A stretch of 64,000 nucleotides of DNA from Macrostomum lignano (GCA_002269645.1 NIVC01001568.1:203401-267400); one strand, 5' to 3'; positions 11,503-37,407 are shown, numbered from the stretch's first letter. Numbers and translations are program-made. Notes: generated by a model not told the origin, from the letters alone.

Positions 11503-14500
11503 CTACAGACCAGAATCCTGAAGCTGGTATCTGAGTGAGTGCATTCGAAACACGAGGGCAGAAACGTGCTGCGCTATCTGTTTCCATATCTCTGTCTCGT
11601 TAGACCGCTTCTTGGCCACCGCCAGGAGGTCCTGAAGGCCCGGGAACCCGGCCGAAATTTCCGTCTCCTCCGTCTGGGAGGAGAACACCAGATTTCGCAG
11701 CGTCTTGTCGCGCAGCAGAGCTCCAGGATCCGCTAGCGTCTGCATGACCCGCATCCGACGATCGTTGAAGCCGCGCACCGACATCGGATCGATGTCCTCA
11801 CTGCCCGCGTCGATGCGCTCCTGCAGCTGCTGCACTGCCGAGCCAAGCCGGGCGCTCTCAGCCTCCAGAGCTGTCAGCGCGCTATCGAACTCTTTCCAAG
11901 TGTCGTTCACGTACTTGTCGTACTTGGCCGCGCTCGCGGGCCAGCCCCACTGCGACGGTGGAGTGGCAGAGTTGAAGCGATTTCGAATGTTCGCAATCAA
12001 AGCGGCCTCGTCGTACGGGAGAAGCCAAGTTTCGGACAACAGTCGCAGCATCTCAACGCCCCAGATGGCCACCTCGCCGTGAGCTCGCAGGCCAGGATCG
12101 ATAATACTCTCCATCACGGGCAGCGTTTCGTACATCGAATGATACAGCGGGTAGTACGAGCTGTACTTCGGATCGGCCACGTAGCTCGCATCGATAATCG
12201 GTACTGCAGCCGTCTGTATGAAGGCGGAGTAGTCGCTGGAGCCAATCGGAACGCTGAGCCTGTAGTCTTGGTCTAGCCAGCGTCTCTTAAACTCCTCGAA
12301 CATGGTCCCGCCGTCCTGGGCCGGCAGGTTTTTCAACGCCTGCAGGGCCGCCTCCTGGAGCAGCGGGTCTGCATTCGTACGAATTGAGTAGTTTCCACGC
12401 ACTGCGATGTCGATGTTGATGTAGGCTACCACTTTCTAGACAAGGAAGTAAAGAATGTGGGACAGCTTCCTGTTTGTGTACGCTATCATTAGCTCCTGTA
12501 CTCTAAACAAATTCTTAAAAAGAAGTTTTCTCATACCTCCCTAATCTGCGGAAGGCGATCTTCCACCCATTCCCAGCTGCCGGTGATGCCCTGCTCCTCG
12601 ACGTCCCAGCTACACAGAAGGATGCTGCGCCGCGGTCGCCAGCCGTCAGAGTAGAATTGGCCGAGCATTCTGGCAATTTCCAGCAGCACCGCGCTGCCAC
12701 TGGTGGCATCGACCGCCCCGGCACCCCAAGCATCGCGGTGATTGCCAAGAAGGACGTATCTGTAGACATTGCAAGTAAAAAACATCCCATTATGCCTGTA
12801 GGCTCTATTCAGGGGGAATTCACATTGTTAATTGAGCATTATACTACTACAAACGCAGCCTTTTTAGACCTGTATCCGTTTTTTTGCTCATTAAGTCTAA
12901 TACAGTAAGCTTCTCTGTCAATTGGTTCGAGAATATATCGCTGTGAACTGCGTCTGAAGTGTTGCCATGCGAGTCTACCTTTAGGCACAGTTAATTACGA
13001 GTGTAGTGTATCACTACAGCTATATCAGCTTTGATTAACTATTGCAAGCTTGTAAATACCAAGCATTACTCGCAGCGGCGAAGTGTGACGGAGAACTCAA
13101 ATTATTATCAGACTCCCGAACCAAAAATGGTAAAAACCGCACATTTGGAACCAATTAAAAGTCAAATCACCTGTCCGGTTCCAAGTCGCCTTTCATCTCC
13201 GCAAACACATTCACCGCGTTGACACCTTCCAAGATTCGATTATTGACAACTAGTCTGGCATGATCCACGCCAGGTGCAAAGCTGCCTCCAGCTCGATAGT
13301 CGATGGGCAGGCCGCCCTTTACGTACGAGCTGATGTTGGCGCCCTCGAGTACGCCCAGCAGCTTCATGGCGTCTCCGTAGCCAACGGGATAGCCTGGAAT
13401 CGGGGAGAAGACCGGCGGATCCGTTTGCTGTTTGATTTCGTCGAATTCGTCGCGATAGGCGAACGGCAGCGAGGGATAGGCGGGGGTCTGCGGGTCGGCC
13501 TGGCGCATTTTGGCGCTGCCGCGTTGAACGCCAGTGGGCGGCAGCCACCAGGAGTTCGGGTAAACGTCGTCAAGCCTGCCCGGCACCGCCCAGCCGTCGG
13601 CAGGGTCGGAGTAAACGATGCCACCAATGCAGCCGTAGGCGGCCGCGTTGACAAGTTTCTTGCCGCGACCGACGCCACCGTAGCGCATGAGGGCGATGGC
13701 GCCGCTCAGAGTGACGTTCAGCTGCTGCAGATACTCAAAGTCGCGCTCTCTGCCGTAGTTTGCGAATACGACTAGGCCAGAGACGTTTCCCGAGGGCGTG
13801 AAGGAGAGGATCGGTGGCACCTGTCAGATTTAGCGTGGGTAGCAGGAATGAATATACCGGTAAATAATGTTGTGCCTTTCTTATTGCTCTATCGATATTC
13901 ATAAAGCTTTTCGTTCAGAAATAGTTTTAAAGGCAGGTTTCACCGGAAAAATACACCACGGAGATGGGAAATTTCACGATTTTCAACACTAAAACAGTGA
14001 TTGGGTCTCTTAACAGTGTCAGAGAAAGTTCTAATCACACTGTTTTGTGCCTCACATTCTGCTCTAACGACACATTAATCGATTTTTCATGTTAAATTGG
14101 TCTTGTCATTTTTAAACGTTTTTTAAGTGAAAAAAGTGCATCGCAATACGCTCACACAGAGTGTACAGCGAGCCTGACTTTCTAATCTGTAAAGTCTCTG
14201 TGCCTTAAGGACTTTTTCCTCATCGGTGGGAGTCGCACAAAAACTTATCGTCCCATTTTCGCGTACAAGCCCCAAACGAATGTGGCCGCGCACCGAATCA
14301 AGGGTCCGGGGGTCGTAGCAAAGGTTCAGGTGCGTTTACCACTAAGCTCCACTGCGACCCCTTCGAAGCGGAGGTCTGATCTCTGCACATTCGCATACCT
14401 CAGTGATGAAAGAAATCAGGACGATGGCCTACTCAGGTAGCAATATGATGTAGCGCTTCAAAAGTTACAAACCGACTTTATGTGGAAAGTGGAAGCTCAC

Positions 14501-15145
14501 AAGATAATAAAATTCTCATATTTTTAATAACTGCCCCTGCCGCCCAGTCGGGATTTCCTGATTTGGAACTTTTTATTCCTACGCTCGTAAAGCAAGGCGG
14601 AGGTGGGCAACAGATGTCACAAGAGGTGCTATGATCGAATTTTCATTTATCAAAACATCACCAAGGCCCACCTGGTCAGTAAGGTTGAGCTTCACCAGTT
14701 CCTTCTCCTGCCTCTGACTCTCCACCACGGTTCCATTGGAATAGACAATGGTGAACAGGGACTCGCCCTGCCCCACCGTCATGCCCACCGGCACTGAGTA
14801 GTTCCGGGTGAACACCTCAAAGCCCGGCAGGCCGCTCAGCACGTCCCTGAAGTACTCGGCGGTGGCCCGGTGTCCCAGCGTGCCGGCAATGTGCGGTCGC
14901 GACGCCAGCGAGCTCAGGTGCCGTCCGATCTCGTCGCGCCGGACGGCGGCCCGCACCGACTGGCCGGTGAAGCCGCGCTCGCGCCGGCCGAGAGCTCGGT
15001 AGCGGTCGGCCAGAGCCTGCAGGCCGGATGTGTCCGGTGGTGGCCGAGCCGCATAGCCAATCCAGAAGAAGATCAGGGCGATGAGCAGTCCGCCACCGAT
15101 AGCGGCTCCGATCAACAGGCGCCGGCTTTGACCGCTTTGTCGCAT
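11503..15145 (-). CDS. Glutamate carboxypeptidase II / NAALADase-like M28B type II membrane metallopeptidase, ~759 aa; exons 15145-14672, 13820-13171, 12759-12537, 12435-11503
   Basis: All junctions are GT-AG and phase-consistent. N-terminal TM anchor, PA domain (FANYG, MRYGG), [38 protein letters not shown] and C-terminal FPGL. An upstream exon is possible (CAG at 15153). Confidence 0.92.
13860..13990 (-). repeat. Dispersed AT-rich repeat, copy C, in a peptidase intron
   Basis: Reverse complement matches segments of 3855-4035 in permuted order. Confidence 0.6.
14270..14368 (-). mobile_element. Possible degenerate tRNA-derived SINE head
   Basis: Minus strand reads GTCGCAGTGGAGCTTAGTGGTAAACGC (A-box-like); B-box is degenerate. 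Confidence 0.3.
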
Positions 15146-16108
15146 TTTTTCACCTGCCAATCTTGTCTTCTACTGGTAGGTATGAGTATGCAGCAACCTG
15201 CTGGCTGATCTAGAGCAAAAAACCAGCACAGAAGTGACTTCATTTTGTCATTCTGTTTATACTTAGGTTGCGCGGCTGCTGCAATCGAACTATATGGCGA
15301 CTGATAAGCAAATGCAGAGCGCAATGGGCTCGAATTTCGTTTCAGAGAATCTTATTTGAGATTCTTACCTCCATAGCCAACTCTTCGCCATAGCAAGTCT
15401 CTCTTACAGTATGCCGGCTTGGTGGAAAATTCAGTATTGCATTTTAAGGTTCTGCTATCTCCTATCTTGAGCCAGGCTAAAGTGACACAGAAGCAGATTC
15501 CAATGTGAAACAGGCATGCATATTAATATTTAATACAGCTATCGACAGTTTTTTATCGCATTTACAATCTAGAAATGTTTTTCCCATAGTTAATTCACTT
15601 CACAGAGAAGCGCGAGTCCGTATTAAAGTTTAGTGTAATTTTGGACGCGTGGTTGGTTCTCGTAGTTTTCTGTCACGTTCTCTTCACGAAGCAAATATAA
15701 GATGGAATGGAATGACTTTACGGCACGGTCAGCTCCTGACTCTTCACCAAGGGTTGACCTCGTAAGAACTGGTGCTGTACCTATATAGAGCTATATTTAC
15801 TGGCACAACAGGTGCTGTACCTAAGACTGCGTTAGACAGTTTCCTTAACTGCACAAAACTTCTAAAACTAGCGGCAGACCTTTAAAATGAGACCGCCCAA
15901 GCTGAAGCAAAAAAACAATGGTAGGACGGTACCACAGCAAAGATGCTATTTTAAGAACTTATTGTTTCTGCCATAGACAGTAGTTTAGTTCTGCTTGTGC
16001 AACACAGGAAAACTCTCAAGAAGATACCAGTTCAAAAATAAATATTTTTATAACTTGTGCTTTCAAGAATTTCCGTATTTCAAGCAGCTTAGTTTCCTGA
16101 CATTAGCA

Positions 16109-18159
<2,051 letters not shown>

Positions 18160-18796
18160 TCCAGCGCCACCACTTTGTTATTTGTCATTACATAATCGTT
18201 GAACTTTCGATTATTTGAAGAAATCCAAGATTAAATGCAATTTTAGGTAGGTTAATTCAAGATTCTCAACGTTAAGTTAACTTCTTTGAAGACCAATTGA
18301 AATATGAATATTTTGACGTCACTTCAACGACCTGTTAGGGAACAAACATTGGAGCTTATATATTTATGCGAGCGCGTTGCTATCTGCTCGAAAAAAGAAA
18401 TCATTGATAGTTTTGAAAAATCACCAAAAATAGCCGAATTCTTCGATTTGGCCGTTTCCAAAAACAATAACACAACAAAAAACACAGCATTTTCTCAAAA
18501 CAGCGTCACAAAATCTGGGGCGTCAGCCAGCAGGCTCTCTACTAATTCCGAGTGCGCGCCTGTCCTTGCCGGTAGTGCGCCGTCACCGTCAGCAGCACCT
18601 GCTCGGTCTGAGGGCTGTGCGACGGCGCGGATGATGCGGCCTGTCAGCTGGAGTGGCCGACGGCCCAACAGGTCGCTTGGACGCGACTGAATGAGGCGAG
18701 AGTTGACACTAAATCAAGTACAGATCGAAGCATAAGTCATCTGCAATTTAAGCCTTGTTCTGCTCTTACAGCACTCAGGACAGCACAATAAGTTTT

Positions 18797-19149
18797 GGGG
18801 GGGCTGTGCTCTAATGGTTAGAGCGTCGGACTCACGACTTGAAGGTCGGGGGTTCGATTCTTGATCCCACAGGAACGCTTTCTGTCCTTGAGCAAGACAC
18901 TTACCAGGGTAACTCTGCATTGCCTTAGTTCACCCAGTTGTTAAATGGGTGCCAGCATTGGCTGGGGTAATTGAGGGTGTGTGTGGCGACCCCCCCCCCT
19001 CCAGTCCTTGGACTGAACAGCCGTACGCAGCCTTTAGATGCGCCGCGCAATGGCTGCGGCTGAGCTGTCGGTTGCAAATCTGGCCTAATTGTGGCTTTTG
19101 TAATCAATTATTATTATTAATAATATTATTACTATTATTATCATTATTA
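18797..19149 (+). mobile_element. tRNA-derived SINE with a CORE/MIR-like central segment and (TTA)n tail
   Basis: A-box TGCTCTAATGG, B-box GGTTCGATTC, then TCCTTGAGCAAGACACTTA...TGTTAAATGGG, ending in an ATT-rich tail at 19107-19149. Confidence 0.75.
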
Positions 19150-19649
19150 CTGTCGCCTACACAAGTCAACAGTGTTGGAACTTATAAAGATTTTCGCGCA
19201 AAATCGAGAGATATTTACTTGAATTGATGGAGGCCTGAATAAATCTAACAACACTCATTTTTATTTATTACAATTGTACTCGAATCTGTGTGTACATCAG
19301 TAGAGTTGCATGGCAAAGACTAAGAGACCAAGCCACCCTCCTGGTTACGAGAACATTGTCACTGCGCTGTTTATTAGAACCTTTGTGCTCACTGGGGCCG
19401 CCGACTGCCTCATACACACGGGTTGCGTGTTTTATCGATAGATAGCTCCATGAAGCAGTGCGGTTACGTCACTGTGCAGACGGGCAATCTCGCCACGCTG
19501 TCTAATAGCATAGGGGCCTATCGTGTACGCGCTACACAGTTCCAAATGAGTATAAAGGCGCTGGACAGCTGACTTGCCGATTGGATCTAGCAAGTTGCAT
19601 ATTTGACTCGTCACTGTTTGCTGAGACAACGAGAATCTTTATATTTGGA

Positions 19650-22439
19650 ATGTTTCTGTTGGGCATTGGGCTGCTGTGCCTGACGCTTTCTGTGCCCAGG
19701 GCTGCACCAGCTCGACAGGAGTCCGAGGTGACTTCACCGGCCGCAACAACTGCACCTGCTGCTGCTTCGGGTTACAGCTCTATTCAGGTAGAATCAAGCA
19801 CAAATGCACCAGCTCCAAATGAGTCCAGGTTGACTGCACCGGCCGCAACAACTGCACCTGCTGCTGCTTCGGGTTACAGCTCTATTCAGGTAGAATCAAG
19901 CACAAATGCACCAGCTCCAAATGAGTCCAGGTTGACTGCATCGACCATACCTGCACCCGAAACTACTACATCATCTGACAACTCTGCTTGGAAAGAATCA
20001 ACCACAACTGCACCTGCTGCTGCATCAATTCAATTTGAGTCCATGTTGAATGACGCATCAACTACAACTGCACCAGCAACTCCACCAGCTCATAAGTCTA
20101 CTTTGAGAGACTCTACCAAAATTGTACCTGCCACTGCATCAACTCGAGTTCAGTCCAATTCGACTACTCCAACCAAATCTGCAACCGACAATACTGAATC
20201 AGCTGACGAGTCGTCGTGGACAAAATCAACTGCAGCTGCTCCTGATGCTGCATCGGCTCGGTTAGAGTCCGACTTCACTGCATCAGCCACAACTGCGCCT
20301 GTTGCTGAAAGTGCTCACGAGTCCACTTCAACAGCGGCACCTGTTTCGTCGTCTTTTACCATAGCGAAGCCCCATCGGGGTGAAAGTCCATCGAGTCCAA
20401 CAGCGGAGGCCACGGGTCGCTGCGGCCTGCTAATTCGCAGCAACCTGTACCGGTGCAGCGACCGGCCCAACTGGTGGCTGTCAAAAGCCGACCTGAACGA
20501 GTTGAAACTTCGGCTGCTTGCGGGCCAATCGGAGTCCATCTGCTGCCGGGACTGGCGGAATCAGGCCATCTATTCGAACCTGAACCAGCACCGGGACAGC
20601 GCGGCTGGCTCCCGGATGCGAATCAACTGCCCCCTGGCACTGGCCACCAGTCAATCTTCCCTTGACGCCTTGACAACAGTTGTGACTGGCTCGGAGCTGC
20701 ACTGCTACAATCTGTGCAACACAACCCTAGCCCTGGGCGATGGCGGCCGCACGCACTATAACTTGTTCCTGCCGATCCAATATGCGCCCGTCAAATGTCA
20801 ATGGCGACTCAAAGGCGTGAGTAAAGTCGTCATCAGGTGAGCAGTCTCATTCTTTTTAGATGCTGTATGAGCTTGCAAACAATACCGGTGTTACCGAGTG
20901 ACAATATGACCGAGTAACAATATGACCGAGTGACAATATGACCGAGTAACAATATGACCGAGTGACAATATGACCGAGTGACAATATGACCGAGTAACAA
21001 TATGACCGAGTGACAATATGATCGAGTGACAATATGACCGAGTGACAATATGACCGAGTGACAATATGAACGAGTGACAATATGACCAAGTGACAATATG
21101 ACCGAGTGACAATATGACCAAGTGACAATATGACCGAGTGACAATGTGACGCAATACAAAGCATTAACCGTCAATAAACATAATTTTCAGCAAGAGCCAG
21201 ATGCAGGCCTGGGATCAGCTTCGCCCGTTCCTGTGCCTGTCGGACGGGACTCGCCTCGGGCTTGCGGTTCGGAGCGCGCATCTGGTCAGGTATATCCGCT
21301 GACCAGCTCGGCAACTGAAGTTCTGCAGTGCCGCAGTGGCGACTGCCTTCTATGGTACGATTGGAGATCAGCGATCGCGTCTCAGCGCCGGTTTGACTTT
21401 CGCAGCTTAAAAGTGGAGCTTTTTGGCTGGGCTGCAGTGAGTTTTTGAGTTTTTCTATTCAAGTTTCCGCTAACTGCCTGCATTGTCTACGGGTCTTCTG
21501 GTGCGCCCGCTATGGCACCTCTGTAAATCTGCACCTGTCTGTTCCCTATTCGGACATCTCTTGGCATTGATGCCAGTCTGTTTTCATGCCCTCAAAAAGT
21601 ACACCAAATACCTGACAATTGAAATTGCTCCTTCCTTGCTAGCTAGTGTTAGTAATAGCCACTGCACTTACATTTGGGGAACCTCAGCGACTTTCGAATA
21701 AAAGTACACAAGGTTCGATTCCGTGAGCGGCCACATTTATTTGGGGCCAGCGCGCAGAGACCATTGATCACGATTGAGGTTTTTTGTGCGGTTTACCCCC
21801 ATGAGGGCCAACCCCGTGCTCTGGGTCAGCGGATTGGAGTGTGTGCTGGCCGACCGTCGCTTTGATTAGCCCCAGGCCTCCTGAAAACTGGCCCAATAGC
21901 CGCTACATTCGCCTCCCACCCAGCCCACTTCCGGACCAGAGGCGCCCGCTCTGCCGCAGCAGCGAACACCCCGGCCAGCCTCTCTGACGACTGCCGCAAC
22001 ACCGACAGCAGCCGGAAGCCGCCCAGCCGGCCCGCCCTCACAGCCGCCGCTGCCGAGGTCCTCGGAGAAATTCCCACTGGAGTTCCGCGTCACCCGCGGC
22101 GTGATGGCCGGCGTCACGGCTGCCGCGGTGGCGCTGATCTGCGCTGCCGCCTGCATCTGGGGCTGCCGCAGCTGGCACTACCGCATGTACAGCTCGCCGC
22201 TGCGCCGCCTCCTGGGCCGGACGCCGCTGCACCGCCTGCCGACCTACTCCAGCCGGCTGTTCGACCTCGAGCAGCTGCGACTCGACCAACCGTGCAGCGC
22301 AAAGGAGGCGCCCGACGCTTCCGAAGCCACGCCTTCGTCGTCGGATGAGGAGGACGTCGACGAAGAGGAAGACGACGGGGTGGAGGAGATCGACATGATG
22401 ATGGAGCTGGTCGCGGGTGAGGTTCCGCGTCGGGCTTAA
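19650..22439 (+). CDS. Single-pass membrane protein: signal peptide, Ser/Thr/Ala mucin-like stalk, Cys-rich and CUB-like region, Pro/Thr linker, TM, acidic tail; exons ~19650-20836, 21191-21436 (frame break near 21290), 21900-22439
   Basis: MFLLGIGLLCLTLS signal and an exact 102-bp internal duplication (19737/19839). CUB-like motifs CQWRL, FLCLSDG, SGDCLLWY..F. TM GVMAGVTAAAVALICAAACIWGC. GT-AG junctions read by eye; the last acceptor is less certain. Confidence 0.6.
20885..21145. repeat. Intronic minisatellite, 16-bp unit GAGTGACAATATGACC
   Basis: Direct tandem copies. Confidence 0.95.
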
Positions 22440-23188
22440 GTCTCGTCTCGTGGCCTTTGCGGCGGTGTGCTGTTCAAGATTATTTTGCTGATCTTCGTTT
22501 TGAACAATATTGCGTCACATTGATTCATTTAATCCCGTTTAATCCCCAAGTTTAATCCTAAGGCCCGATTATCCATTTCTTGATTCTTCTGGGTTGTTTA
22601 TTTACTGTACAAAGCATTTGAGGTTGATCTATTGCAATAAGATGATAAGCCAATTGATGTACTTTATTGCATTGTTTAACACTTAATCTTGAGTACCACT
22701 GTTAATTTTCAATCTAATTTAATTTTTGTTTGATTTCTCACTTTTTGAAAGTATACACTAAACTAAAATTCTTAAACTATTTTCAAGATCTCTTGTTTCT
22801 TCACTTCTGGAAAAGAAAATGTTCAAACTGGCAAAAATTGGTTGTTATAATGCACAGAAACTGGCGAAAATTGAAATGAAAGAAGATAAAAAATTCATGC
22901 ATTCAGTTTTATGTATTAAACTGAAGACCACCAATAAAGATGTAAAAAACTAGTTGCTTATCTAACTTTTAGGGAGATTCTGACAAGCAGAAGAAAATAA
23001 AATAATGAGCTTAAGCTAAATAGACAGTAGCTAAAAGTCATTCTTGGATCGTATCTAATTTGCAAGATTAGTGGGATGAAGATTTAAAAAAATAATTAAT
23101 CAAGAAATTCTTTGTAATAAAACAGACAGACAAACCGGCAGCCTGTAATTTTCATAATTTTGTGCAGATGCAGCTCGCAGAGAGAATA

Positions 23189-24491
23189 CGAGGGTCACTC
23201 AGAAAGTCTTTAGCCTGAGTAGGATCCACGAGACGTAGAAGCATGAAATTTGTCTATGGTAAAGACCAACTTTTAAAAGTATCGCAGCAAAAATTTCAAA
23301 CAGAAGCAGCCACTTTTGAGTCCACTGCAGCGAGTTCAAGTCAGTTCACCCCCCTGAGATCTTCAATTCAACAATGAAGCTGGAAAATCGCGACTTCAGA
23401 GCAATGATGTACTTGCACTTCAAGCAAGGCAAGTCGCCGGCCGAATCGTATCAAACTTTACAGAACGTTTTCACCCATGTATGTCCTTCATACGCAACCG
23501 TCAAAAACTGGTTCGCTGAGTTTCGCCGAGGTCGAGAAAGCCTCGAAGATGAACATCGATCCGGGAGACCCTGTGACGCAGTGACTCCAGAAAATATCTG
23601 CGCTGTGTCCAGCATGATTGCCGCTGACCGGCGAGTGACCTACCAGCAGATCCAGCAGGAGATCGGTATTGGATCGGGGAGTGCGCACGCCATTCTGCAC
23701 GAACACCTTGGAGTGCGGAAGCTGGCTTCCCGGTGGATCCCCCATCAGCTGTCGGACGTGCAGAAGGACACCAGGGTGGCTTGGTGCCGATTCATGCTGC
23801 AGAAATTCGAATCCGGGACCAGCCGGCGTATCTGGGACATCCTCACGGGCGATGAGACCTGGATTTATCAATACGACCCCGAAAGCAAGCGCCAGTCAGC
23901 CATGTGGACCTTTGGAGACGAGGACAGCCCCACCAAGTTTCGACGCAGCCGGAGTGTCGGCAAGCAGATGGTGGCCTGTTTCTTCATGCGCACTGGGCAT
24001 GTGGCTTCCGTTTCACTTGAAGATCGCCAGACAGTCACCGCTGACTGGTACACAACGGTTTGCCTGCCCAAGGTCTTTTCTGCTGTGAGCCAGAGGCGCC
24101 CAAGGTGCGGAATGCGTGGGGTGCTTCTGCACCACGACAACGCCAGCGCGCACACGGCGGCTCAAACTCTGGAGTTTCTGGCTGACTGTGGGGTCCAGCT
24201 GATGACTCACCCTGCTTACAGTCCAGACCTGGCACCGTGCGACTTTTTTCTGTTTCCGAAGTGCAAGGAAATTCTGAAGGGCCAGGTCTTTTCTTCACCG
24301 GAAGAAGCTGTGAATGAGTTTAAAAACATCATCGAGGAGCTCCGGGATGAGGATTGGCGGCAGTGCTTCGACAGCTGGTTTCACAGGATGCAAGCCTGTA
24401 TCAATGCCGGTGGAGAGTATTTTGAGCACTTGTAGTCGTTTTTTAGTTCATTTGTTGCTGTTTTCGTGTTCAAGCTAAGAACTTTCTGAGT
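23189..24491 (+). mobile_element. Tc1/mariner element with a complete ORF; right TIR lacks its terminal ~8 bp
   Basis: TA then CGAGGGTCACTCAGAAAGTCTTTAGCCTGA on the left. The right end TCAAGCTAAGAACTTTCTGAGT stops before the expected GACCCTCG-TA. Confidence 0.88.
23374..24435 (+). CDS. Mariner transposase (DD34D), 353 aa, uninterrupted
   Basis: HTH region, GRP motif, WIPHQL, GDETW, HHDNA, YSPDLAPCDF; 34 residues counted between the second and third D. Confidence 0.95.
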   Translation: MKLENRDFRAMMYLHFKQGKSPAESYQTLQNVFTHVCPSYATVKNWFAEFRRGRESLEDEHRSGRPCDAVTPENICAVSSMIAADRRVTYQQIQQEIGIGSGSAHAILHEHLGVRKLASRWIPHQLSDVQKDTRVAWCRFMLQKFESGTSRRIWDILTGDETWIYQYDPESKRQSAMWTFGDEDSPTKFRRSRSVGKQMVACFFMRTGHVASVSLEDRQTVTADWYTTVCLPKVFSAVSQRRPRCGMRGVLLHHDNASAHTAAQTLEFLADCGVQLMTHPAYSPDLAPCDFFLFPKCKEILKGQVFSSPEEAVNEFKNIIEELRDEDWRQCFDSWFHRMQACINAGGEYFEHL

Positions 24492-24596
24492 TTCTTTTGT
24501 TTTTTGTCACTTAATTTTCACGCAAACGTTTTTAAGCAGAATTTTTTGTTAATCTGAAGCAATTTTCACTTTTCAAATCGCCCTGCGACTCTAAGC

Positions 24597-25233
24597 CAGG
24601 GGTCGGCAAGCTCTGGCCGGCGGGCCACATGCTGACCGCGAAGCCTCTGTCCGGCCCTCGGGTCCTTTGAAACTTCACGATATCAATCCGGCCCGCTCAA
24701 GGTTTGTCTCTTCTCAGGTGTCTTCTCTCCAATCTCCTCTCCCGCCTTTCTCCTCTCTCCCCTCCTCTCCCTCTCACCCTCCTCACCCCTCTCACCCTCC
24801 TCTCCCCTCTCACCCTCCTCTCCCCTTCTCTCCCCTCCTCTCTCTCCCCTCTATCCCCTTTTCTCCCCTCTATCCCCTCTCTCCCCACCTCTCCCCTCTA
24901 TCCCCTCCTCTCCCCTCACTCCTCTTCTCTCCCCTCCTCTCTCTCCCCTCCTCTCCCCTCTCTCCCCTCCTCTCCCCTCTCTCCCCTCCTCTCCCTTTCT
25001 CTCCCCTTCTCTCCCCACTCCTCTCCCCTCTCTCCCCCCTCTCCCCTCTCTCCCCCCTCGCGCCTCTCCCCCCCTCGCGCCTCTCTCCCCTCCTCTCGCC
25101 CCTCTCTCCCCTCCTCTCGCCCCTCTCTCCCCTCCTCTCGCCCCTCTCTCCCCTCACCCCTCGTATCTACTTCTCTCTGGCCCAGTCTTGCGCTAGAACT
25201 GGCCCTTAGGTTAAAATATTTAGCCAACCGCTG
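24597..25233. mobile_element. hAT (Charlie/MER58-like) non-autonomous element with an internal CT-rich expansion
   Basis: Left end CAGGGGTCGGCAAG..CTGGCCGGCGGGCCAC; right end TTTAGCCAACCGCTG. 8-bp TSD CTCTAAGC (24589-24596) versus CTCCAAGC (25234-25241). Confidence 0.8.
24720..25160. repeat. Polypyrimidine low-complexity tract (CTCTCCCCTC-type)
   Basis: Nearly pure C/T on the + strand. Confidence 0.95.
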
Positions 25234-25362
25234 CTCCAAGCAACCACTAAAGCAAACAAAAGAGATGTATATACTCGTATTTTAACAAAAATGTCGTTTT
25301 TAATTTGCTAACTTACGAGCTATAAAGAAACAGAATTTGTAGAAAAAAGTTCACACGGTACT

Positions 25363-37407
<12,045 letters not shown>

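Noticed and set aside
18797-18870. Functional tRNA gene
   Set aside because: The acceptor and anticodon stems pair poorly, and the sequence continues into a SINE body and tail.
19306-19320. X-box-like GTTGCATGGCAAA upstream of the mucin-like gene
   Set aside because: It is an imperfect single match and plausible by chance.
24667-25285. Pro/Ser/Leu-rich and Arg/Gly/Glu-rich ORFs
   Set aside because: They arise from the low-complexity CT tract inside a hAT MITE.
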